Shown: positions 52,643-62,830 of the stretch, piece after piece
How the letters are laid out: each line of letters starts with the position of its first letter
Position numbering within the stretch: the stretch's first letter is position 1
NCBI GenBank assembly: GCA_000934665.2
Contig: KZ538547.1
Location: 1-62,830, forward strand
Length of the DNA stretch: 62,830 nucleotides
Source: Catajapyx aquilonaris
Lineage: Eukaryota
Direction: 5' to 3'
Program-made: the position numbers and the translations under genes
The notes under the pieces: generated by a model
The model's input: only the letters and a program-made list of their open reading frames with translations
The model's database searches: none
Told to the model about the DNA's origin: nothing

Positions 52643-54644
52643 TCAACTGGAACAGCTGACACGTATTTTATGGGCCCAATGTGGTGGTGGCTGGGCATAA
52701 CCATGCTTTTCAGCTTCTTCATGCGTGACGAATGGGTTTTGAAGAATCTTCAGGAGCAGCTGGACTTCATCATAGTTGCCCTGATCTGCCTTCTCAATAG
52801 CAGACTGGGCCATCCAGTTTCGCAAGACATACCGTGGGTTGGTCTGCACCATTCTTTTCTGAACTTCCTCAATCTTGCCTTCCTTTGCTGCCCTTGCCAC
52901 ATACCAATCTACAAATTTGTTCCACTGCTTGTGATGGGTCAGAGGTGCCAGGGCCCATTCAGTCTTTGGGCATGGCTTTTTCCACATCTCAGGGGTGACT
53001 TCAGAAAGTTGTCGAAATGTCATGGTGAAGTCCGTCTTGACCAGTGCCATCATTTCCAGCAGTTCTTCAATCTTCACTAAGTCTCCATCCAAAACTGACT
53101 TGAACCCAAGTTTGGCTGCAAATACCTGTGCCCTCTCCCTCTTGTAATGACCATCATACTCCTTTGTCCGGTCGGACAGCTTCTCTTGATTTTCACGGGA
53201 TATCAGTGGTGCCAGAGCTGCAGCCAAACGCAAAAGGTTAAAGTTGCCAATATCTGGCTGCTGGGAGTAAGCATAACGTCCCCAGTCATCAGAGTGGTTT
53301 GGGATAAAATCAGGTTCGTATGTGTCCAAAAATCCGTAAGGCCCGTAATCAATTGATATCGATAAAATTGACATGTTGTCAGTATTCATTACTCCGTGGG
53401 CAAACCCAACAGCCTGCCATCGTGCTATCATGGCTGCCGTCTGTCTTATTACTGTTGATAGGAAGTCCAGGTACTTATCATCACCAGATGATTTTATTTC
53501 CCTGGAACAAGTTTAAAATACAGTAAAGGCTGGAAAGGAGACTTTTAATGAACATATTAAGTCTTACGGAAAGTGTTCCTTGATGATAAAGTCAGCCAGA
53601 GTTTTGAGGGAACCATGCTCGCCGTGCTTTGCCAGAATTTCAAACGATCCAAAACGAAACCAAGATGGGGCCAGCCGAAGCACTACCGTCGCCTTCTCAA
53701 CAGTGGGATGTCCATCATAAAACTGGTCCCTTCTCACTGGGTCATTGGATGTCACCAGAGTTCCAGCTCTGGAAGTTGGTACCCCTGGCCATGCAAGAGA
53801 AAATACGCATTAATCTTTTTGATCCACTTGAACCACGCCAGCAACCCACCTAAATGAAACATTGCCTCTGAGGCTAGGAATTCCCTAACGGACGACCTCA
53901 GCACAGCCCTCCCATCTGCGTCCCTGGAATATGGGGTCATCCCAGACCCCTTCAGTTGCAACTCCCACCTCTCCCCATTCTGGTTAATATACTCTCCTAG
54001 GAGATGGGCTCTCCCATCCCCCAGCTGGTCGGCCCACATGCCAAACTGATGTCCTCCATACCGATGGGCAAGTGGGGTTGACCCTTCCACGAGACGGTTC
54101 CCAACCATCAGCTCAGCAAGAAATTGGGCTTCAGATTCATCAGCAGCCACTCGATCAGGGTCAATGTCAAGTATTTTGGACAGGACATCCGGTGTTACGG
54201 CCACCAAGTGAAGCTTTGTTTGTAAAGGGGTAGGGCTCACCTGATGCAAAAAAGTTATGATCAAGTAATGCCCGTAAGTTCAACAACATAACAGATTATC
54301 TTTTTATCACCTGTGTGATAACTGTTCAGCCATTTTACCTTTGAAAATATGGCTTGCTTCACATATCGCCTGACAAAATTCTTCTCCTCCGGATCCATGG
54401 GCAACTGCTGCAATTTGAAGGAGTTGAACCTGAAATCCTTCACAGAGAGCAACTTGTGTCCTCCACCACCTTTGCCCCCAGATGACGTCCCCGCCTCTGC
54501 CCCGCTCATGCTGCAGCGGGCGAGAAATATGCTCCTAGTCGTAGGGCGTGGGCAGGACTGTCCCGCGGCGACCTCTGACCCGAGTGTCGTGCCCACTAGG
54601 ACGGCAAAAACCCTGAACAAGTGTCCCACTAATCTGTTTCCCAT
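52643..54644 (-). CDS. SelO: SelO/YdiU-family protein adenylyltransferase (AMPylase), Cys-containing form, ~590 aa
   Basis: Exons 54644-54339 (alternative ATG at 54674), 54240-53850, 53784-53568, 53501-52643. Motifs [60 protein letters not shown]-terminus VSCSS. Confidence 0.95.
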
Positions 54645-54925
54645 CTCACGACCGCCGCCATCTTCAAACCGCATCCGAATAGCCCATGCCCATTGCACAA
54701 TTGCAGTAAATGTACAATATTTTACAAATATATTTGCATTTGTACGTTTTATAAATACACATAGCACGATCTAGCTGCAGATAGGTCACAGGTTATGACC
54801 TTTGTCAAGCACACACGCTGATTACGTCACATGCAATTCGGACACGGGCTGTGCTGTACACGTTCGATGCCATCAAGTCACTTTTGACCCGTCGGCCTGA
54901 CCTGCCCGTTAGGTCTATTCCTATG

Positions 54926-57603
54926 ATGGCTTACACCACCGAATATATTAAGGACAAGCTTCTGAAGGAACTGGAGGCCTCCCACGTTGTGAGTCGCACC
55001 CTACTTTTGTGTATATTTCTTAACATGAGTTACGTGCCGCCAAGAGTAAATGGTGCCGCTTAATGCTGAGATGCGGCCTTGTGATTGTTGCAAAATGACC
55101 ATTTTTTGTGCCCCTAAGGCTACCTCCTCTTTTTTGCATCACTTCTCTGGGTCATGACGTGGGTGCTTACCTTGTGGAGGTGGGGGATCCACCAGTGCAG
55201 TTTTCCTGCTTGGTGGGATCGCAGTGTATAGACGCATAGGGTGTACTTTTAAGAAAATGGCCCATTTCGAGCTTGTTTCTTGCATTATGGCATAGTTGAT
55301 TAATGTCGTATGATGAGCTTGTAGTGTGGTTACACTAGGATTAGAATTGGTACTAAGTGCACTTGTTTAGCCAGACTGTGACTAGCCCCTGTTCCATCTC
55401 AGATCCACTAAGTAAGCGCAAACCAAAATCCTCTGAACCATGTTGGTGTGGATCCTTGCATCGTGCGCCTGGGGGCTGCTTCTCCGATGGTCTACAGGCC
55501 TCTCGTCCTATTCTGGTCAGGGAAGGCCACCTATGTACGGTGACTATGAGGCCCAGCGCCACTGGATGGAGGTCACCATCAACCTGCCTGTTGAAGACTG
55601 GTATCGCCAGACGCCAGAGAATGACCTGCAGTACTGGGGATTGGACTACCCCCCCTTGACTGCCTACCACAGTTATGCATGTGGTCTGGTTGCTAAACAT
55701 ATCAATCCTGAGTTCGTGGCATTGAATAAGTCACGTGGATTTGAATCTAAAGAGCACAAGTTTTTCATGCGAGCAAGCGTTTTAGTTGGCGATATATTGC
55801 TCTTCTTCCCGCTTCTGGTGTGGTTCTTTAAGATGGCGATGGATCAAAAGAAGAGCCGGTTTTATCTAGGAGAATTAACAGTTAATGATGCTGCCACTGC
55901 AATTGGTGTGGCAGCGACCTATCCCGGTTTGATTCTAATAGATTACGGGCATTTCCAGTACAATTCGGTGTCATTAGGGTTAGCGCTAGGTGGTGTAGCA
56001 GCATTAGGAAAGGGCATGGAGTCACTGGGATCTTTGCTGTTTGTGATGGCGCTGAACCATAAGCAAATGGAGCTGTATCATGCACTGCCTTTCTTTTGGT
56101 ATCTGTTTGGGTTGTGCTGCTTTAGGCGCGGAGGATTTAAGAGGCTTGTTAAGGTTGGGGCTACTGTTGTAGTTGCATTTTGGGTCATATGGTTGCCATT
56201 TTTGGTGCAGAGCCATGGGGCACTAGATGTGCTGCACCGCCTCTTTCCATTGTACCGAGGCGTGTTCGAGGACAAAGTGGCCAACTTTTGGTGCACATTG
56301 AACAATTTCGTGAAGATTCGCAACCTATACAGCCAAAGTGAGATCACACTCATGTGCTTGTTGACCACTGCCCTTCTTTCGCTCCCGTCTTCCTTACACT
56401 TGTTCCGAAGACCCACCCTCTCCAACTTCCTCTATTCCCTTCTCAACGTTTCCCTCATCTTCTTCCTTTTTTCATACCAAGTGCATGAAAAGAGCGTCCT
56501 TCTCGTTGCACTTCCTGCCTTGCTCCTCTTCCCAAAACATCCAAGGTCTATTTACTGGTTTTTGGCTGTAACTACATTCAGTATGACTCCTTTGCTCTTG
56601 AAGGATGGACTGCTGGTCCCAATCATTGCCTTGTCCATCATATTTCATGTGGTTGCCACGGAAGTGATGCAGGACACTGGTAAAGGGAAAGCCAAGGACA
56701 AAACAAGCCCATTCATGAAATCAGTAATGAAATATTCACTCAGAGGATGTGTGGCACTGTTTGCTCTCTCCGTCTTCGGCACTCCTCCTGATAAATATCC
56801 GGACTTGTACCCTGTCCTTGTGTCGGCCTATTCCTGTGCTCACCTTGTCCCATTTTCAATTTTTTTCCACTGGAAACAGTTTCAAGCTAAATGAGTGCAC
56901 TGTACCAATTATTGCAGATTAAAAATTAGTTTCATGACGTACAATGTCTTTAATTTGCCTCCTAAAGTTTCTGTAGTGTAGAGTAATGTACGAGTATGTA
57001 TATGCATGTGTTAAGTATTAGCAACAGCATGTGCAGTAAATACATTAACATAATTCATATAATCTGTACTTTCTTGTCAATTTCTTTTGAAATCAAAAAA
57101 GTCAAACCTCTTACACTCCTGCACAAGTTCAGAACCGTAATGCTTAAACTGTTCCGTTAATCTGTATGCAATCAGGTGACAATTATTTACATTGGTAAGG
57201 TGGTGTTTCATAACAAGCTCAAGGACATATGGAGTCTAATGCAATTGTAAATTTTCATCTTAAGAGATATTGCTTGACAACAGCACCTTATGCAAGCTAA
57301 GTACTTGAATCTTGAATTACTTGAATCATTACTATTAGTCACCATGTTGGATGTTACACTTGATGGGATTCAGTCAGTAAGTATCCACATGTCTCTTCCT
57401 GATCAATACAGGAAGTGGAGGACCTCTCAGACGGATGTGGCTCCAAGTTTAGTGTACTGGTGGTCTCGTCCAAGTTTGAGGGAAAGCCCCTGCTGCAGCG
57501 ACATCGACTGGTGAACTCATCCTTGGCAGTGGAATTGGGCAGCATACACGCTCTGAGCCAGAAAACTCTGACGCCAGAGCAGTGGGCAAACCAGAAGCCA
57601 TGA
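54926..57603 (+). CDS. BolA2: BolA-like protein 2 (Fe-S cluster/glutaredoxin partner), ~84 aa
   Basis: Exons 54926-54988 (extra in-frame ATG at 54923; donor gtgagt) and 57412-57603 join in phase 0: MAYTTEYIKDKLLKELEASHV|EVEDLSDGCGSKFSVLVVSSKFEGKPLLQRHRLVN...IHALSQKTLTPEQW. Confidence 0.92.
55440..56894 (+). CDS. ALG6: Dolichyl-PP-Man9GlcNAc2 alpha-1,3-glucosyltransferase, 484 aa, intronless, inside the BolA2 intron
   Basis: Single ORF with PPMYGDYEAQRHWMEVT, YWGLDYPPLTAYHSY, LIDYGHFQYN, KQMELYHALPFF, RGVFEDKVANFWC, FSYQVHEKS. ATTAAA at ~56918. Confidence 0.96.
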   Translation: MLVWILASCAWGLLLRWSTGLSSYSGQGRPPMYGDYEAQRHWMEVTINLPVEDWYRQTPENDLQYWGLDYPPLTAYHSYACGLVAKHINPEFVALNKSRGFESKEHKFFMRASVLVGDILLFFPLLVWFFKMAMDQKKSRFYLGELTVNDAATAIGVAATYPGLILIDYGHFQYNSVSLGLALGGVAALGKGMESLGSLLFVMALNHKQMELYHALPFFWYLFGLCCFRRGGFKRLVKVGATVVVAFWVIWLPFLVQSHGALDVLHRLFPLYRGVFEDKVANFWCTLNNFVKIRNLYSQSEITLMCLLTTALLSLPSSLHLFRRPTLSNFLYSLLNVSLIFFLFSYQVHEKSVLLVALPALLLFPKHPRSIYWFLAVTTFSMTPLLLKDGLLVPIIALSIIFHVVATEVMQDTGKGKAKDKTSPFMKSVMKYSLRGCVALFALSVFGTPPDKYPDLYPVLVSAYSCAHLVPFSIFFHWKQFQAK

Positions 57604-58813
57604 GTTTCCAGCCATTTGCCATCTCCTCCCCATCTAAGGTCATCCTCCATGGGGAGCACTCTGTTGTGTATGGCAAAACAGCTGTTGCTGTGTCGGTTGG
57701 GTTGCGCTTGCGTGTCACTGTCAGGCGCCACCCAACCGGTGGAGTGACCCTTGACCTGCCTGCCATGTCATTCAAGCGGCACTGGACCAATCTTGGAATC
57801 ACTTCCCTGCTGAAAGCCAGATCTAACTTGAACTGGTCTGAACCCCAGCCGGCCGATGACTTAATCCAAGCCATACGTGAATTTGTACACAGCGATGAAT
57901 TGACAGCTCAGCAAGAAATGGCCTTGGTGTCATTCCTGTACTTATATTCGGCCATACTTGGAGAGGCCATACCTATGTGTGTCCGAATAGACTCATGTGT
58001 TCCATTTGGAGCTGGCATGGGGAGCTCGGCTGCTTACGCTGTGGCCTTATCGGCAGCCATGCTACACGTGGGCGGACACTGTCAGGGCGATAACCTTCCA
58101 CGTGACCTCATCTCACGCTGGGCCTTCTGCAGTGAAGGAATAGTCCATGGCACCCCTTCAGGGATAGACAACTCCACTTGCACCATGGGAGGTGCAGTCA
58201 GCTTCCGGGCAGGAAAGGCAGAGCCACTTGGAAGCAAGATCCCTGCACTGAAGGTGTTGCTTGTGGATACTGGGGTCAGCAGGAGCACCAAACGACTAGT
58301 TGAGCTTGTCCGGGAGAAGCGGGGGAGGCACCCACAGGTTGTGGATGCAGTACTGGATGCAATGGATGCTGTGGCTAAATCAGCACTGGAGGAACTACGC
58401 AGCCTGAAGATGGGTGATGCGAACCAGTTTCACTTCTTGGAGGTAACTTTTTTAAGTATTACACAATACATCATCAATGCATTTCCAGCAGATTTGGGCA
58501 GATCATGTGACCAATGTGATGCAAAAAATTCCAGGAGCTCGTTGACTTGAACCAGTCTCTGTTGGCAACTCTGGGTGTATCTCATCCGAGCTTGGACCGC
58601 ATCGTGTCTGTAGCTGCCTCCCATGGTTTTCATGCCAAATTGACTGGTGCTGGTGGAGGGGGACTGGCCTTTGTTCTGCTGGCTCCAGGAGCAGAGCCGG
58701 CCACTGCGAAGCTCCTGAAGGACGAGCTGGAATCTGAAGGATTTCGTACTTGGCAGACGGAGCTGGGAGTGGATGGGGTGCGGGTTGAGGATCTGGACAT
58801 GGGAAGAGCTTGA
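57600..58813 (+). CDS. MVK: Mevalonate kinase, ~373 aa
   Basis: Exons 57600-58442, 58535-58813. Motifs SSPSKVILHGEHSVVYGK, GHMP loop PFGAGMGSSAA, HGTPSGIDN, KLTGAGGGG. The ATG overlaps the BolA2 stop. Confidence 0.95.
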
Positions 58814-59417
58814 AGAAATATGAAATTTTGTAGAAAGATAAAATATGTTATTCAACATTGGCCAGTACTGGCACCATTTTATATACACCAGGGATGAGGG
58901 GAAAATAATTTAGTACAATTTGTATGGTACTTAAAAATAATATCTTGTAGATGTGGAACATTGTAGCTCTGCACAAACAGTGATACCTTATTATTTCAAT
59001 CCTTATCTTCTAGCTATGGTATAAACTATAAAGGATGATGATAAAATACTGTTACTGTACATGTAGATTTGCTGGACCACTCAAAATTGTGTTTTGTGTA
59101 AAAAATATACTTGTGATTGGGCTAACTTGATTTGGCAACGTGATCGTCTAGTTCTATACAGTCTGCTTACAACTTTGAAGGAACTTGACCGACACATCTC
59201 ATTGTGATGTTAGCTTTGTCACTTTGCCGCCTTGATAAACCACTGTCCAAGCTACATTCATGTATTCATGCAACTTGCTGTGTGCCCTGGAATGTGAGCA
59301 ACTGCAGGTGGCCTGTCTAGGTGGCTCATGATGCGTCACAAGCAGAACCTGTCACTACAATGTGGACTTGTGCATTAAGGTATGTGGCTAAACCTTCTCT
59401 TATACTGAGACAGAATG

Positions 59418-62353
59418 TTACACATCTGCAATGTGGTTGGCATTGCTTACAGGTGACAGGCTACTCTGCTCTTCCTCCTCCTCCTCGGCCTTTCTCAGCC
59501 ATTCAGAAATCTCTTTCTGGTACATTCGCTGCAACAACACGTCTTTGGTGCGAGATCGCCTTCCTTGATAAGCGACCATGCCCTCCTGTTGCAAATCCAG
59601 TGCAAATTGCTGCAGTAAATGAACATCGCTTGTGTTGTGATAGCACACATTCAGTTCTTCTTGAGTCAGTTGAACCTCCACACACAGCATCTTTCGCTCT
59701 GAAATTTATGGTGCACATAAGATTACAATGTAGCTAACATAAGGCATAACCTTACCTTCTGCTTTCCCCATGGTCCTCTTATATTGTATGCGAAACACAA
59801 ATGTCTCCAGCACAAAGGCAACGATGATGGTCAGAACCACCATGGTAACAAGGTAAAACAGCATGAAATATAAGCGACTCCACTGAGACGTCACTGCTGC
59901 ATATGCATCCATAATGATAAACCAGTTGTTTACCACAGTCAGTTCAAAGAGAGTTATAAAGCTGGTGGTTAGGTCACTGAAGGTATTCAAGTAGTAGTAG
60001 CCCTGGTATATTGAGGCATTGTCCACCTTGTAAAACTGTTCCACAGTTGTGTTCCTGAAATAAGGCTTATTATGAATGGAACATGACAAAGAAAATGGAA
60101 GTCCCTTACACGCAACAGTTTTTCATCTCGTATCCAGAAAACAGCTCCATGCCAACAATGGCAAAGGAGTAATACAAAATCAGCAGCACGACAGCTGCAG
60201 CTCCCATCCTCGGCAGTAAAATGAACAGAGTTCCAAAAACATCCCGGTACCGCTTCTTCAGCTTGAAGAAACGCAGCAGTCGAATTGGCCTCAGCAGGGC
60301 CATAGTGGCAGAAGAAAAGTTGAGGTATTCCAGAAGTGAGCCGATGGCTGCCCCAATTGTGACCCCAAGATCAAAGACATTCCATCCAGATGCAAAATAC
60401 TGCACTGGTCCAAGGCCACCCAATTTTAAGGCAGCCTCCACAGCGTACACTGTCAAGTACATGATTATATTGTCAATGAAAAGAAGATTTGAAACAACCA
60501 GATGTACCTACATGAAAGGAATACAATCGCATCCCAAGATGTCTGGTGACCTATTTTCAGGCCACTAACATCAAACGTCCTCAGCAAAAGAGCAATAGCA
60601 TTTGCCAATATAATAGCATCTGGAAAGTTATTATTATTCAATTAAAATTGTATTACATCTTGATCAACACTTCGCATTGTTATTCAATACTTACAGACTG
60701 CCCAGTCAAAATACTTCCATGTAACAAGTTTGTATAGGTACCGAGATATCCTGGACCAATGAGGAGGAAGCATCTCATACCAGGGAGTTTCCTGAATGCG
60801 TTTTGGACGCCACAGGACAACCAACAAATTGTACACATTTTGAAATTCTGCCAATGTCAACCTCCCTGTCCTGGACACATTTAGAGCTTTGAAGGACAGA
60901 TACACATCTCTTCTGGCTGTAAAGCAACGATGGATAAGAACCATCCATTCACATGTGTACATGTACTTGAACATACACATTTTCGGTCTGTAGTGCCTTA
61001 GTAGGCCTGCATAATGGTGGAAGACAATGTGATCTGGCCTCTGTCGAGATACCAACAACCGGAAAGCATGTTGGCATGCCTTTCGCTTGTGAAGCAGCAG
61101 ACGGTGGAACTTCTCCTTCTCAAATGTTGTGAAAGTTTCATACACCACAGCCAACAGCTAAAAAAATAACATCAAATTATTTCAAAACACACACATCAAT
61201 TACGACTTAAACTTACGAGATTCATCAGGAAATACAGAGTGACGCAGAGGTACACAACAAAAAACAATGCAGACCATCTGCTATTGGCATATGCTGGCAT
61301 CATCACATCTGGGTAACTGAGCGAGATAGATAATTCATAAATACATATCAGATTTGCATTTTACGCACACCTTACTTTGCTGTGGTGAGTAGCACAAAAA
61401 GGCTGACAAATGCCTCAGGAAGTGAAGAGAAATATGGGTTCCTGGGGTCTGTCCCAAACATGTATAGTCCCAGAAGGCTAAAAAGAAGGACAAATACTAG
61501 GAGCAGGACCAGCATGTCGAGGATGGGCGGAAGGCTCTGCAGAACTTGTCTCAGGAATCGCCTCATCCCACCACAGTAGCGGTTGTCCACAAGAAATAGG
61601 GGTCGGAGGGCACGGGTAACACGGAAGTGAGATGATTGCCGCACCAGCACCACGATGGATTCCACTACCATTATCAGAAGAGTACCTGCCTGAATAAGGA
61701 CCACAATATCAGGTAATGTACTCGTTCAATCCACAATTTAATGCATATTTACCTTCAGCATTGTCCGCTTATGAAAGAGGAAAGGTCTCCATCCAAGCCA
61801 CCGCAGCTTCATTGCCAGTTCTATTCCCATGATGACTAACAGGCACAGTTCAATTGACCCATGAATTCCCACTGGCAACTGCAATGAAAATGGACATCTT
61901 TACATTTTTATGTCCTGTTACGACATTTATTACATTCATTACCAGACTGGCATAAATAGGACAAAGGGGAATGTCCGACGCAACTTTGGCAATGCCAGTG
62001 TTGTATTACCTGGAAGACAGTAGAAGCAGGCTGTTCCACGAGGGCAAGTGCCAGTAGTGCCAGTGACGCAATCAGGTCCAACCAGTAGAACCAGCGGTTG
62101 TGCACCACCAGGTAAGCCGGAAGGGCTTCCCTGTTCCTGGGATGGGAGGTGAACTTGTCATTGTTGGCACCTTCCTCCAGAAAGATTGCTGCTTCCTGGT
62201 AGTTCATCTCCCAGTGCCACAGGACCTTGGACGGACTCATGTCTTCTTCAACTGGGGAACTCATCTCCGTGTTGGGGAGGATGGGCATCGATGTTTCGAA
62301 GTTGCGGCCTATCATCTCCTGCGGGCCATCCGAATCCTGACTTGTGTTTGTCC
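59418..62353 (-). CDS. TPC1: Two-pore endolysosomal cation channel, TPC1-like (5' end uncertain)
   Basis: Exons 62353-62010, 61878-61753, 61689-61376, 61316-61217, 61157-60977, 60916-60695, 60619-60512, 60449-60110, 60054-59756, 59698-59418. Motifs WEMNYQEAAIFLEEG, RVTRALRPLFL, pore I LLTTANYPDVMMP, pore II FELTVVNNW. The start is either an in-exon Met or in an upstream exon not resolved. Confidence 0.93.
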
Positions 62354-62358
62354 CTTTG

Positions 62359-62401
<43 letters not shown>
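62359..62401. repeat. Compound microsatellite (CA)7(GA)14
   Basis: Read directly. On the minus strand it is the (TC)n pyrimidine tract ahead of the TPC acceptor at 62354-62355. Confidence 0.9.
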
Positions 62402-62403
<2 letters not shown>

Positions 62404-62830
62404 GTTAATTTTTGTGATGTCACACTTGTGGCAAAAATGCATTACAGTGGACTACTATTGTAATGCCCATGCTTTTTCATACAAATAATGCATTGATTCC
62501 CATTATAGCCAATCACCACCTACCATATCCACCAAAATGACTTGGAAGAAGTGGCAAACATTCCATTTTGCTTCCCCATCTGCTAATATCCCTTGCAATC
62601 CCTACAAATCCATACACTACAACTGCTTCACTGGTGTCACAAGGTTTTCACTAGCCACAGTGAAGAAGAACATAGCCTACACTATCTATTTTGAATCATG
62701 TGACCATATGTTTTGATCTATTGCTCAAATTTGTTTACAACAACAACAACAACATCACGACATTTCCCTATGAGGGGTAGTCAGCGATGAAGGGAGACGC
62801 AAGCTAACCCAATATATGAACTAATAAAAC

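Noticed and set aside
52643..52660. SelO as a true selenoprotein
   Set aside because: The Sec-equivalent position is Cys (TGT) and the TGA follows the terminal SS as a normal stop.
57582..57599. ORF-track start of mevalonate kinase at GTG 57582
   Set aside because: Bacterial-style start call inside the BolA2 CDS; ATG 57600 matches the expected MVK N-terminus.
1..62830. Prokaryotic features (CRISPR arrays, operons, rRNA, tRNA)
   Set aside because: Spliceosomal introns occur throughout, and no repeat-spacer array or structured RNA gene was recognised.

Overview
Eukaryotic, intron-rich genomic DNA with many short (55-100 nt) introns. Gene content and style suggest an arthropod; that assignment is inference. 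About 1-10.7 kb has no supportable gene. About 11-44 kb holds three tandem minus-strand two-pore-domain K+ channel (K2P/TWiK-like) genes. The 6.6-kb intron of the third channel carries three nested plus-strand genes: two tandem secreted Cu/Zn superoxide dismutases and a secreted Pro/His/Cys-rich orphan. About 49-62.4 kb is a compact housekeeping block: eIF3c (+), a Cys-type SelO (-), a BolA2/ALG6/mevalonate kinase locus (+) and a TPC1-like two-pore channel (-). Most notable: (1) the BolA2 stop overlaps the mevalonate kinase start (ATGA), and an intronless ALG6 sits on the same strand in the BolA2 intron, suggesting a polycistronic or shared-promoter unit; (2) the first K2P gene has a TGA-C stop followed by 166 open codons of protein-like sequence, a strong readthrough candidate; (3) a 63-nt stop-free GC-AG intron splits a K+ selectivity filter. 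All exon models were built by hand from splice sites and reading frame; no database search was run.
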